Positions 46,863 through 56,458 of a stretch of DNA of 64,000 nucleotides are shown piece after piece (within the stretch, counting starts at the first letter, position 1; every line of letters begins with the position of its first letter). The notes beneath the pieces were generated by a model. That model ran no database searches, had not been told where the DNA came from, and saw only the letters and a program-made list of their open reading frames with translations. This DNA comes from Fermentimonas sp. (lineage in GTDB: Bacteria > Bacteroidota > Bacteroidia > Bacteroidales > Dysgonomonadaceae). Made by a program: the position numbers and the translations under genes. Where the stretch lies: the NCBI GenBank assembly GCA_033808735.1, contig JAPXNA010000009.1, positions 13,054 through 77,053 on the forward strand. The letters are read 5' to 3'.

Positions 46863-49800
46863 TCAAAAGACAAAACGTACAGAGAAAGTATAGGCTCTCG
46901 GCATGGGCATTGAGCCTCGATCTAGTCCGAAAACAGAGTCCTGAGAGCCTTCATGATTAGTTTCTGAAACCGTTTCAGGATCGAGACCCGTGTAGCCGGT
47001 AATCACGAACAGGTTTTCAATACTGAGCCCCAGGCGTATATCAGCAACTCGCGCCTTTCCCTTCACGAAAGTATAACCCAGTGAAAGGTTCTGTAGTCGC
47101 AAGAATGTTCCATCCTCAAGAAATTGCGTGGAGTTGGGCGTGTTCTGGTTGATAGCGTTTGTTAAACTGGCATAAAGCGCGTTTTTCTTATCAGCCACAT
47201 GTTCCCAGCTACGGTAGTAACCTTCGCGCATGGTGAAAAAACGAGAAGGACCTGACATGGCCGTTCCCACGTAACGACCCACGTTCAAACGATCGAAACG
47301 ACTAGTGAAACGGAACAAAGCGTTGAGATCCCAATCCTTGTACCTTAAGGAGTTGTTCCAACCGAACACCCAGTCAGGAATAGTTTTCCCAATAGCTTTT
47401 CGATTCTCCGTGTTCAACATATTGGTTGTGCCACCATCTTTCGTGTAGAACATGTTAACTCCCTCATCACTGAAACCTGCCCAGTCATACAAATAAAACA
47501 TACCCACGGGAGCATCTTTCTTTAAGATGAAAACACCCCCCGAATACAACGAACCGCGTCCTTCATCAGGAATAATAAAGTCCTCACCGGCCAAGTCTAC
47601 AACCGTGTTTTTATTGTATGCCGCCGTCAAAGTAGATTCCCAAGCGAATTGCTTGTTATCAACGGGGATTACATTCAAAGTGAACTCAGCACCCTCGTTG
47701 CGAATTTCGCCTTGGTTTACCCACACGCTACCACCCCCGTAGTATGTAGGCAGCGATTTCTGGAACAACAGGTCGGTCGTCTTCTTGATATAGAAGTCGG
47801 CTGTCAGGGTCATTCGGCTCTGAAGGAGGGCCAGGTCAACTCCAACGTTATACTGTGCGGTTTTTTCCCACCTCAAATCTGGGTTACTAGCGCCAGCAGG
47901 CCAATAGCCTGTATAACCAGTCTGCGTACCGTAAGATGCACCCCGGTTGTTAAACTCTAAACGAGCGTACGTCTCATACGGGCTAACAGCATGGTTACCA
48001 ATGGTACCATAGCTGGCACGTATCTTCAACTGGTTCACCAAATCTTTATTAAAGAATCTCTCTTCATGGAGGTTCCAGCCCAAACCTATTGAAGGGAAGA
48101 GTGCCCAGCGGTTCTCCTTGCTCAGCTCAGAAGCACCATCAGCCCTCAACGTGGCCGTCAGTAAATACTTTCCCCTGAAGCTATAGTTTACCCGACCTAG
48201 GAACGAACTCAACGCGCTGTTGGAGAAGCTTGAAGAACCATTGATGTTTGTGCCTGCAGCCACGTTCCAATAGGTAGTAGTTTCATTGCTGATACCTTGT
48301 GTGGTAAAGGAGGTGCCGTAACCCTTGCTCTTCGAAAATTCCGCGACGGCGGTAGCGGTCAAATGATGATCCTGGCCACCAAAAAACGTGTCGTACGTTA
48401 AATTATTGATGTTACGCAAGGTAGAAGAATGAGAGTCATAGTTGTTCGCAAAAGCTATGGAGCCGGGAGAAATTGTCGAGGATTCAAATCTTTTATCCCA
48501 GTATGCCCCCTGCGTGTATAAACCTTGGGAAGAGAATGTCAAGCCATCGGCAATCGTGAAAATCACGTCTCCAAACAAGCTGTTTGAATGAGAACGGCGA
48601 TCTGTATAATTTGCCATAACCTCGGCATACGGGTTGTTGTGAATAGAGTTATATGGGTCTAAGCTATACACACCGTTTTCATCCATCAAGTCGAGGGTGG
48701 GTGAATACATGTAGATGTCATTAAATGCATCTGTCGGAACCCTGTTGTGTCCCTTGTTGAAAGATGAGTATAAAAAGCCGTTAAATTTTAGCCAAGGGGC
48801 TATTTGGGTGGTCAAGCCGCCTTTCACGGTGTAATCACGACTTTCTACCGTTACGTACTGGGCCTTATTATCAGACATAGTCCCTGTAACGTAGTACTGC
48901 GTCTTTGGGTTACCACCACTGACATTGATGTTGTATTTTTGCACAAAGCCAGTACGAATCATTTGGTCGAGCCAGTCAACGCCCTTCGTCCCTGCTTTGT
49001 AAGCAGACATATCCGCATCTGAAATGGAGCCGGCACCGTTCACCTCATTGTACGCACGGGCGTACTCGTAGGGGCTCATCAAGTCGGGCTCTTTTGCCAA
49101 AGTATTCCAAACCATACGGGTATCCACGACAACATGTGTGCCTTCCTGTGCCCTTTTGGTCGTTACCAATATAACACCGTTAGCACCCTGAGAGCCATAA
49201 ATAGAGGTTGCGGATGCATCTTTTAAAACCTGGATGCTTTCAATATCATTGGGGTTGCTTGGGGCGGGGGCGCCTATCACGCCGTCAACTACCCAAAGCG
49301 GTTCGTTACTCTTATTGAGGGATGTGGTCCCGCGTACACGAATCTGCATATCTCCAGCCCCGCTTATTGACGTGATGTTCACGCCGGCAACCTTACCTTG
49401 CAACAGACTGGTGACACCTGTTTGCGGAACATTAGCGATTTTACTAGCGGATACGGAACCGATGGCCCCCGTCAAATCAGACTTACGAACCGTACCGTAA
49501 CCCACTACAACAACTTCATCAAGCGCCTTAGTATCTTCCACTAACGTGATGTCAAACGAGGTTCTTCCCGTAGTGCTGACATCTTGCTCCAAATAGCCGA
49601 TGTAGGTGATTCGAATGGTCGCGTTGTTTGCCACACTTAGCGAGAATTTCCCATCCACATCAGTAACGGTACCGTTAGTGGTCCCGATCTCGATGACATT
49701 AGCCCCTATTACAGGCAGGCCGGTGGCATCAACAACGGTTCCCGTAACGGTTTTTCTCTGCTGCATCGCTTCGGCAACGCTGGCAGCCTGAGAATAAGGC

Positions 49801-49934
49801 GTTTCAGCCTGCACGACCTGCACGTGAAAAACGTGCAGAAACAAAAGCAGGAGCGACATCCTCATAGCGATGAGTGTCTTATTACAAAAAATAGTAAAGA
49901 GACGTGCTTTTTGGTCGACTGTTTTACTTTGCAT
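46863..49934 (-). CDS. susC: SusC-type TonB-dependent transporter (module iii)
   Basis: 1023 aa. The first ~130 mature residues are ~80% identical by eye to module ii SusC (TGTVVDATGLPVIGANVIEIGTTNGTVTDVDGKFSL...), and the barrel is much more diverged. Ends ...FSVRFVF. Confidence 0.92.
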   Translation of the reverse strand: MQSKTVDQKARLFTIFCNKTLIAMRMSLLLLFLHVFHVQVVQAETPYSQAASVAEAMQQRKTVTGTVVDATGLPVIGANVIEIGTTNGTVTDVDGKFSLSVANNATIRITYIGYLEQDVSTTGRTSFDITLVEDTKALDEVVVVGYGTVRKSDLTGAIGSVSASKIANVPQTGVTSLLQGKVAGVNITSISGAGDMQIRVRGTTSLNKSNEPLWVVDGVIGAPAPSNPNDIESIQVLKDASATSIYGSQGANGVILVTTKRAQEGTHVVVDTRMVWNTLAKEPDLMSPYEYARAYNEVNGAGSISDADMSAYKAGTKGVDWLDQMIRTGFVQKYNINVSGGNPKTQYYVTGTMSDNKAQYVTVESRDYTVKGGLTTQIAPWLKFNGFLYSSFNKGHNRVPTDAFNDIYMYSPTLDLMDENGVYSLDPYNSIHNNPYAEVMANYTDRRSHSNSLFGDVIFTIADGLTFSSQGLYTQGAYWDKRFESSTISPGSIAFANNYDSHSSTLRNINNLTYDTFFGGQDHHLTATAVAEFSKSKGYGTSFTTQGISNETTTYWNVAAGTNINGSSSFSNSALSSFLGRVNYSFRGKYLLTATLRADGASELSKENRWALFPSIGLGWNLHEERFFNKDLVNQLKIRASYGTIGNHAVSPYETYARLEFNNRGASYGTQTGYTGYWPAGASNPDLRWEKTAQYNVGVDLALLQSRMTLTADFYIKKTTDLLFQKSLPTYYGGGSVWVNQGEIRNEGAEFTLNVIPVDNKQFAWESTLTAAYNKNTVVDLAGEDFIIPDEGRGSLYSGGVFILKKDAPVGMFYLYDWAGFSDEGVNMFYTKDGGTTNMLNTENRKAIGKTIPDWVFGWNNSLRYKDWDLNALFRFTSRFDRLNVGRYVGTAMSGPSRFFTMREGYYRSWEHVADKKNALYASLTNAINQNTPNSTQFLEDGTFLRLQNLSLGYTFVKGKARVADIRLGLSIENLFVITGYTGLDPETVSETNHEGSQDSVFGLDRGSMPMPRAYTFSVRFVF

Positions 49935-50038
49935 ACAATTATTTTATATTAATATTAGAAAGTACATGGAACCTCTGATGTTTACAACAATCATCCTTAA
50001 GGGTATTTAATGATCGCTTCAACCGTGTCAGCTCCATA
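49932..50038 (-). repeat. Diverged composite leader-repeat (A plus spacer plus hairpin-module remnants) containing the SusC(iii) start codon
   Basis: catacaattattttatattaatattagaaagtacatggaac has the same 41-nt length and the same ends as the consensus. It is followed by ctctgatgtttacaacaatcatcc and ...gtatttaatgatcgc...ccatac. Confidence 0.6.
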
Positions 50039-50381
50039 CTTATAGATTGACTTTACTTTTAAATTCAACTAGTGTTCAACTATTTGCGTTCATGCCCACT
50101 GATACTCACCAGATCATCAATCTCTCGTATAATGTGATTGACAGCTAGCCATCTTAACCCAAGACAGGCTTCGCCTTGAAAGCAGAAATAGTGATAAACA
50201 GCATGTGAAAAATGAATACGCTATTAATTTTACCGCGAAACTACCATATAAATATTACGTTCCAATTACATATTTGTTAAGTATTGGTTGCGATTGCCAT
50301 AGCCTGGCTATAAGTGCGCATCGTCGCATTATGTTACATTTCCACAGGGACTCCTCCCTGTTTTTATCACCAACCGGGTGA

Positions 50382-50389
50382 CAAATGTA
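50382..50389 (-). promoter_or_regulatory. Candidate -7 box TACATTTG for SusC(iii), implying a ~450-nt leader
   Basis: Exact TAnnTTTG, conserved in the paralogous cassette. Confidence 0.5.
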
Positions 50390-50552
50390 CAACAACTTTT
50401 TATCTGTTTTTATCAAAAGAAAGAAATTAACACACTATAATCCTGTTTTTTTACGTGTGACCAAGACTTCACTCCCTGCGTATTTACAAGTTAAATCTTG
50501 TGGCTTACAGAGACATAGAGGTTCACCAATAGTGCTAGCCAATCAACCTAAA

Positions 50553-50581
50553 GGGGCTGTCTCAAAAGAAGAGACAGCCCC
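50553..50581. terminator. Hairpin after the 483-aa hypothetical gene
   Basis: ggggctgtctc-aaaagaa-gagacagcccc, an 11-bp perfect stem with short T runs on both sides. Confidence 0.5.
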
Positions 50582-50637
50582 TTTGGCCTTTATCCACGTT
50601 AATACATACTGATCACCTGTATGGTAACGAAAACAGG

Positions 50638-52089
50638 TTAGTCAAGTCCGGCAACGGCAAAGAACTCCCCTCGCTTCATGAGTTTATAGATATCTTCTCC
50701 CGGGTAAGATTTAAAAAGAATTTGCAGTGTTGCCTCCTTAGGTGAAAGCACGTAAAAACTCCCGTTCATGAAAACGCGCCCCTTATCATCCGCGGCCAAC
50801 GAGTTAATGAACCTGCATGCACGACCTTCATGATCAACGATTTTCCCGTGATCCACCACTTTTTGGTCGAGACCCTCGGTTATTGAAACGCTTCTCAAAT
50901 GGAGGCTTTCGTCGTACCCAACGACGTCAGGATCTCTTTCCCGTTCAAATTCCGCGCCTTTCGTTCGCTCATCCATAAGATCCGCGTATTGAACAAAGTA
51001 AACCCTATCGCCCCCCAATGCCGTATGCAAGAAGGTAGATCCAATGTAGGCTATCGGCTCGAACGCTTCGCCGGATTCAATGTTTTTCGACGGGTCAAAA
51101 ACCCATAACCTCTCATCACCGCCACCCCAGGTCCCCATGGTAAACAGACACTTTTTGTTTCCACTCCCGGGTAATACGTCAGACCACGTCCAAGCACGCT
51201 CCTTCCTGTAGGATTCCTCGGTTACCGGTGTCCCATCAATATACTCCCCGTAGGGCAATACGTCATGGTAGACTTCAATCTTATCCAGGGAGGGGCGGTA
51301 ACAATACAAGTTACCGTTATCATTTTCATAAAAAGGTTGATAAGGACCAGATTTGCTATCATCGTCCAGATGCTGATTCCTTTTCCATAACGTGAACCAA
51401 CAGTTGCCCTCGTGATCGATGAAAAAGGTCTTCGATGCCGCGCTACGTTTTTCTGCCACCAAGCCTAGGTCCCTCATCTCACCCGTCTCTATATCTACGC
51501 TATAAAGATGACTCCCATCAGCCTCTACCAGCTCATCCAAAAAGGGCACCACGAAAACATACAACTTTTTTCTAACCGGGTCGATATTAATCGCGGAGTA
51601 GGTTGAATACCTCGGGCGAATAATCCCGAAGTCCTTAAACTTCCCGGTTTTCATCTCGTATCCCACGGCATGAGCACCCGTGTAGTCTGCAATACCTTTT
51701 GGCCAATAATTAGAGAGATGGGTCGTAAAATAGAGCCACCCATCGAGTTCAACGATCGGGCTATGAATTTTTCCCTGCTGTGAAGGGGTATTCTCTTCGC
51801 CAAGAACCACGGTCATATCTTCCGCCAGTAGGGTGTGGACTTTTGTTTCGGGATCGAACTTGTGAAACCCTGCACCATGGGCAGAGGAGTGGGTAGAGGT
51901 GCCAAAATAACAGTTCCCATCGGAAGCAACGGTCATGCCCTGCCACTGTCCATCCCATTCTTTACAAATCTTGTTCATAGAGACCGAATAAACTTCACAT
52001 ATTTTCTCTCTCTTTTGTTGGGCGTTACATGATGAAACGACGCCATTCAAAACTAAAAAAATCAGCAAGGGTCTAATTACAGGTTTCAT
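50638..52089 (-). CDS. Secreted hypothetical protein, probable beta-propeller
   Basis: 483 aa with a signal peptide. Recurrent blade-like strings (DGNCYFGT, DGWLYFTT, KLYVFVV, EGNCWFTL, GNLYCYRP, DRVYFVQ, GRVFMNG). No family recognised. Confidence 0.6.
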   Translation of the reverse strand: MKPVIRPLLIFLVLNGVVSSCNAQQKREKICEVYSVSMNKICKEWDGQWQGMTVASDGNCYFGTSTHSSAHGAGFHKFDPETKVHTLLAEDMTVVLGEENTPSQQGKIHSPIVELDGWLYFTTHLSNYWPKGIADYTGAHAVGYEMKTGKFKDFGIIRPRYSTYSAINIDPVRKKLYVFVVPFLDELVEADGSHLYSVDIETGEMRDLGLVAEKRSAASKTFFIDHEGNCWFTLWKRNQHLDDDSKSGPYQPFYENDNGNLYCYRPSLDKIEVYHDVLPYGEYIDGTPVTEESYRKERAWTWSDVLPGSGNKKCLFTMGTWGGGDERLWVFDPSKNIESGEAFEPIAYIGSTFLHTALGGDRVYFVQYADLMDERTKGAEFERERDPDVVGYDESLHLRSVSITEGLDQKVVDHGKIVDHEGRACRFINSLAADDKGRVFMNGSFYVLSPKEATLQILFKSYPGEDIYKLMKRGEFFAVAGLD

Positions 52090-52122
52090 ACGATTTTTTA
52101 TTTTTACATTTATACTTCAGCG
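52087..52122 (-). repeat. Partial leader-repeat A element containing the start codon of the 483-aa hypothetical gene
   Basis: catacgattttttatttttacatttatacttcagcg. Only the left half matches. Confidence 0.5.
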
Positions 52123-52165
52123 TTTACTTTTCCCACGGTCTCGTCTATTTTTTAATAGAGGGGTT

Positions 52166-54841
52166 TTACATCTCTTTTTCCTTTCGAACGGTAACAAGGT
52201 TTCTTTTCCTTAATGCTTCCAGGCTATCCTTCCAGTCTCCACCCTGAGCCCACAGGTAGTAAGAAAAATACATCGTGCTCTGCTGTATGATGGGGGTCCA
52301 CGGTTGAAATTCGACGTAGGTATGCGGGGCATCCGGATTGTGGGGGAGGTTCATCCACATGTGCAAGAAGATGGGTTGTTCCACGGGGAAAGCCCCTATA
52401 AAAGAGATGTCCTCTTTCGTGTCGTATCCCGCGTTCCACCCCTCTTGCACCTCCAATGCTTGTCCATAGTAATCATCCGTTCTCATCCGGTACTCTCTCA
52501 GTCCCTTTGTCGTTAAAACCGTGAACAGGTCCTCTTCCCCGTGTACTTCCCCTAACTCAAGGATGGGTTGAGGTCCCAGGACATTGGCATCTTTATCCTT
52601 GAACACCAACGCGAACCGCACCTCTACCAATGGCGTGTTCCCGTATAACGTGAAAATCTTCTTGATGGTATTCCCGTAGTAGTCCGCTTCCATCTCCACC
52701 TGCACGTGATCCCCTTCCCGTTTGGTAATTCTCGCGTCGTAAACACGATGTGTCTCCATGCTTCCCTGTCCCAAGAAATCTTCGAATCCCCCATACGGGT
52801 AATAGAGCCTCATACGATACGGCCGTCTATGGTCGGCCGTCTTTTCCGGCCACCCCTTGAAAAACACGTTATCGTTTTTACTTTTAACGATGTACTCGAT
52901 CACGCGGGCCCCTGTTGCCAAAAGGGTGATTTGCACGGAATCATTCTCCATGCGATACTCGTTAATTCCATCCCCGTCAAGGTCTATTTCATACACGCGC
53001 GGCTTGCCTTCCGCCTTGCCTACACCAAGCTGGGTCTCGGCAGTGAGGCCTAAAGCGTTTATCCGAACAACGTATTCCCCGGGGGTTACCTTTAGCGTAA
53101 ACACCTGCTCTTCCCAAGAAGCCTTTTCCGCGTGAAACATTTTCGTTTGCTTGTGGACAGCTTTTCGAGGATTTCCCTTTTTAAAAACTGAGACCTCCAC
53201 TGGGATGTCGCTCGTCCCGGAATAATTATGGATAGTAACCGGGTAGGTCACCTCCGGGGCGTGTGAGTAAAGCAGTTGATGGGTTGAGATAGCGGGGGGT
53301 AAATCGAGCAAAGTGAGCGTTCTCTTTGTCTTTCCTCCCGACAGGAAGTTCACTGAGACCGGGTTACTCCTTCCCATGGCTTCTTTCCCCGGTTGTAAAG
53401 CAATTTTGAACTGTTTCTGTTCGCCACCCTGTAACATGATCATACCGGGCAAGCCCGCGACCTCTACAGCGGACGACGTAATCACTTCCAGTTTGCCCTG
53501 CAAGGGTGAAGCGTGGTAGTTTTTCACCGTTACCAGTAAATTATATTTGTCCACCTCCGCTTTCAAGTCCACTTTATCAAAGTAGTAATCTTCAAGGTAA
53601 CACTTGTCTAAGTAAAGCAACCCTACCGCGTGGCGGTACTTCTCAGGTCCCATGAAGAGCGCGTTACTTAGTACCGCCACCTCTTTCCGGGTTAAAATGG
53701 CATCCCACAACGTTTCACTCGTGAGCGGTTTCTCTTTATCAATAAACAGGATCATAGAAGATGTGAGGCCACCGCTCAGATAGCCCGTTTTATTAATAAA
53801 GGGCACATTTTCATGATCGATCTGCTCTTTATTTCCCGGATGCACGATCACCCCGTCGTACTGATACTCCTCGGAACCGGGGTCGTATACAGGTCGAAAC
53901 ACGTACCCCCCTTTTTTCTTGGCAAAATCAATCCAAGGTTCGCGTCCCGGCATATCTTGTATCTGCAAATCCTCGTAATCCTCACATCCGTAGATTCGTG
54001 AATAACCCACTTCGGCCACGATAGGCAAATCAAGTTCTCTAACCCATCCCTCGATCTCTTTTTGGGAAAGAAAGTCCATGTACCCATCAAATATAAACCA
54101 GGAGTTGCCCTCGTTCATCCCAATCCCCATTACTTCTAACGGGTGTCCCTGTTCGATCGTCACGCTATTTAAAAGAGAAGAAACACCAAATAAGCCTTTA
54201 TGCATCCGGTATTTTTCCATTACCTCTTTAGTATTTCTCACTATTTTCAGGAACTTATCCACTTGCCCTGGCGAGGAGGATGAAACAACGAATAATTTCT
54301 TAGCGTCGTTCACCAAGTAGAACGCTTTTATCGGTTGCAGGTCCACCGCGCTGAATTGGTAGCTTCCTATTTTCTTCGTCCAATCAAACAAGGAAGCAGC
54401 CATACTTTCCAAGTTGCCTCCCACCTCCGTTGAAGGATTCGTCACAACCAGCACGTCACCTTTCTTTATCGCGTTATCCAGTTCGCTAGCCGTCGGGTTC
54501 TTGACCACTTCATATTGACTGGCAAACAGGTTGAATATGAAGCCTTCCTGCATCAACAACCCCGGCAGCCCTAAATCATCCGCGACATCGATTTTACTTT
54601 GCAGGATATTCGACGTCACGTCGGGCATGGTTATTTTAAACAGGTTGCCATACCTGAACCAGTTGGTATAGGTGTTGTGCCAATGGTTAGTGTACCCGTT
54701 AAAATCTATCCTGTTTGTTATCAACGAATTGAGTTCGCCCTTAGGTGTTACCTGAAAGCCTGATAGGTTTTGCCCATACACGATAACAGGTGCCAAAATA
54801 AACAAAGGCATGAAAATAATTTGACGAAGTAGTTTGCTCAT
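52166..54841 (-). CDS. Large secreted hypothetical protein (891 aa)
   Basis: Signal peptide MSKLLRQIIFMPLFILAPVIVYGQ. The C-terminal third (...YRMENDSVQITLLATGARVIEYIVK...) loosely resembles the beta-sandwich C-domains of GH38/GH57-type enzymes. This is a weak impression only. Confidence 0.6.
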   Translation of the reverse strand: MSKLLRQIIFMPLFILAPVIVYGQNLSGFQVTPKGELNSLITNRIDFNGYTNHWHNTYTNWFRYGNLFKITMPDVTSNILQSKIDVADDLGLPGLLMQEGFIFNLFASQYEVVKNPTASELDNAIKKGDVLVVTNPSTEVGGNLESMAASLFDWTKKIGSYQFSAVDLQPIKAFYLVNDAKKLFVVSSSSPGQVDKFLKIVRNTKEVMEKYRMHKGLFGVSSLLNSVTIEQGHPLEVMGIGMNEGNSWFIFDGYMDFLSQKEIEGWVRELDLPIVAEVGYSRIYGCEDYEDLQIQDMPGREPWIDFAKKKGGYVFRPVYDPGSEEYQYDGVIVHPGNKEQIDHENVPFINKTGYLSGGLTSSMILFIDKEKPLTSETLWDAILTRKEVAVLSNALFMGPEKYRHAVGLLYLDKCYLEDYYFDKVDLKAEVDKYNLLVTVKNYHASPLQGKLEVITSSAVEVAGLPGMIMLQGGEQKQFKIALQPGKEAMGRSNPVSVNFLSGGKTKRTLTLLDLPPAISTHQLLYSHAPEVTYPVTIHNYSGTSDIPVEVSVFKKGNPRKAVHKQTKMFHAEKASWEEQVFTLKVTPGEYVVRINALGLTAETQLGVGKAEGKPRVYEIDLDGDGINEYRMENDSVQITLLATGARVIEYIVKSKNDNVFFKGWPEKTADHRRPYRMRLYYPYGGFEDFLGQGSMETHRVYDARITKREGDHVQVEMEADYYGNTIKKIFTLYGNTPLVEVRFALVFKDKDANVLGPQPILELGEVHGEEDLFTVLTTKGLREYRMRTDDYYGQALEVQEGWNAGYDTKEDISFIGAFPVEQPIFLHMWMNLPHNPDAPHTYVEFQPWTPIIQQSTMYFSYYLWAQGGDWKDSLEALRKRNLVTVRKEKEM

Positions 54842-54898
54842 GATACTTTTTTATTGATACTTTCCCAAAAAGCGTGTAATGATACCTGGAATTTGAAG

Positions 54899-54906
54899 CA
54901 AAGTTA
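54899..54906 (-). promoter_or_regulatory. Candidate -7 box TAACTTTG for the 891-aa hypothetical gene
   Basis: The + strand caaagtta, about 58 nt upstream of the ATG at 54841. Confidence 0.4.
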
Positions 54907-55035
54907 CGTATAATTTTTAATTTTTGTTGAATGTATAGCCAACTGTTCCTCCCACTTCATTGACAAAGGCTAAACATTCATCTAATACAACACGCGGAGA
55001 TTAAGTTACTCGTCATCTGTTTTTGTTACTTCACG

Positions 55036-56376
55036 TCATGTCGTCAACTCTTTTTGGATTTGCTCCAAGGACTTGTTCTTCATTTCCGGAAGTTTCAAGG
55101 CGAAAACAAAGCTTAAAGCCATCATAACCGCGAAAAAGCCGAATATAACGGCACCACCTGTTCCTATGAAAACGGGGAACATCCAAGTCAATATAGCTGT
55201 CCAGGACCAATGTGTCATGCTACCAAGCACTTGCCCTTTTGAGCGAACTTTAGTTGGGAACACTTCGGAAATAACAACCCATATGGTGGCCCCCAGGGAA
55301 ATAGCGAAAAACGCGATGAAGCCCATCAAGCATACGAGCATATAGTACCCGGAAACAGCGTTCGTGGTAAATCCGTAAGCCACTAACGACAGGGCAATCG
55401 TCATACCCACCGAACCGATGTAAAGCAACTTTTTTCTCCCCACTTTGTCGATTAACACCATCCCAATCATCGTGAACACTAAGTTTGTGAGTCCAATGAT
55501 TATTGATTGTAGCATGGCCGAATCACGGAACAGCCCAGACATTTCAAAGATACGGGGAGCGTAGTACAGCACGACGTTAATCCCAGATAGTTGATTAAAG
55601 GTCGCAATTAAGAACGCGTAGAGAATAGGTTTTCTATATTTTTTCTGGAACAGTTTCCCGGCATCGTCGGTACTTGAAACCAAAGACAATTTAATCTCCT
55701 CGAGTTCCTTACCGGCGTTGATTTCATCCACTTTTTTCAACACGGTTTCCGCTTCACTTTCCCTCCCTTCTTTGACCAACCACCTGGGACTTTCAGGGAT
55801 AGTGAACAGGAGGATTCCGAATAATAGTGCCGGTAAAGCTAAAATCCCCAACATCCAGCGCCAATCATCAGGAATACCATGTAAAGAGTAATTGGAAAGG
55901 TAGGCTAAGACGATTCCCAGTACAATATTAAATTGAAAGAAAGCGACGAAACGTCCACGCCAATGAGAAGGGGATATCTCTGCTATATACATGGGACCCA
56001 CGACTGATGAAGCACCGACCGCTATCCCACCTAAAAACCTGAAAAAAACGAAAGAGTACCAATTGATGATAAGCGCGGTTCCAAGCGCGGAGAAGAAATA
56101 TAGGAACGCGATTACTTTCAACGCTTTAAGACGGCCAAACCGCTCAACCGGTTTGCTGCAAAAAAAGGCTCCTACAATCGTACCGATAAGAGCAATGGCA
56201 ATGGTAAAGCCATGTGCGAAATTCGACAGTTCGTAAATTTGTTGAACGGCTTTTTCAGCTCCCGAAATGACGGCGGTATCGAAACCGAAGAGCAACCCTC
56301 CTAGGGATGCGACGAAAGCGATGTAGAACACGTAAGGCTTAACTGAGTCACCTTGAGTGGTTTGTTTTGTTTTCAT
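55036..56376 (-). CDS. MFS sugar-porter family transporter (sugar:H+ symporter type)
   Basis: 446 aa with 12 hydrophobic segments. Sugar-porter signatures VERFGRLK, IPESPRWLVKEGR and PEMKNKSLEQIQ. Confidence 0.88.
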   Translation of the reverse strand: MKTKQTTQGDSVKPYVFYIAFVASLGGLLFGFDTAVISGAEKAVQQIYELSNFAHGFTIAIALIGTIVGAFFCSKPVERFGRLKALKVIAFLYFFSALGTALIINWYSFVFFRFLGGIAVGASSVVGPMYIAEISPSHWRGRFVAFFQFNIVLGIVLAYLSNYSLHGIPDDWRWMLGILALPALLFGILLFTIPESPRWLVKEGRESEAETVLKKVDEINAGKELEEIKLSLVSSTDDAGKLFQKKYRKPILYAFLIATFNQLSGINVVLYYAPRIFEMSGLFRDSAMLQSIIIGLTNLVFTMIGMVLIDKVGRKKLLYIGSVGMTIALSLVAYGFTTNAVSGYYMLVCLMGFIAFFAISLGATIWVVISEVFPTKVRSKGQVLGSMTHWSWTAILTWMFPVFIGTGGAVIFGFFAVMMALSFVFALKLPEMKNKSLEQIQKELTT

Positions 56377-56446
56377 ACGATTATTTTATTTTTCACATTT
56401 CGGTGTATGGAACCTTTGATGATTAAAATAATCATGTAGGTTTCAT
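56369..56446 (-). repeat. Leader-repeat A element plus palindromic spacer, containing the MFS transporter start codon and filling the GRE-MFS gap
   Basis: gttttcatacgattattttatttttcacatttcggtgtatggaacctttgatgattaaaataatcatgtaggtttcat. Confidence 0.9.
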
Positions 56447-56458
56447 AAAACTAATTAG

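Larger units (their letters stand above)
50382..50586 (-). repeat. Conserved intergenic cassette upstream of SusC(iii)
   Basis: Paralogous to 43917-44119 with the same order of hairpin, CCAAT direct repeat and TACATTTG box. Confidence 0.9.

Noticed and set aside
50385-50612. 75-aa plus-strand ORF in the SusC(iii) upstream cassette, a possible small protein
   Set aside because: The paralogous cassette at 43921 begins identically (MYNNFLSVF.KRKK) but hits a stop after 14 codons. The conservation is therefore at the nucleotide level, not the protein level.
38071-50637. The duplicated SusC/D modules as a horizontally acquired island or mobile element
   Set aside because: I saw no integrase, transposase, tRNA target or flanking direct repeats. 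The only breakpoint signature is the GDPD remnant and hairpin, which points to internal rearrangement rather than a mobile element.
56377-56446. Upstream ORFs inside the leader repeats: the mini-ORF ATGAAACCGACATGA (MKPT*), and 17-20-codon uORFs whose TGA overlaps the main ATG at the MFS and GDPD genes
   Set aside because: The overlapping-stop arrangement holds at 56374 and 21622. In the gmhA copy the frame ends earlier (at a TAA), and in the 9288-9417 copies the peptide differs. No conserved peptide or frame exists. The ATGs are more simply explained as parts of the inverted-repeat ends.
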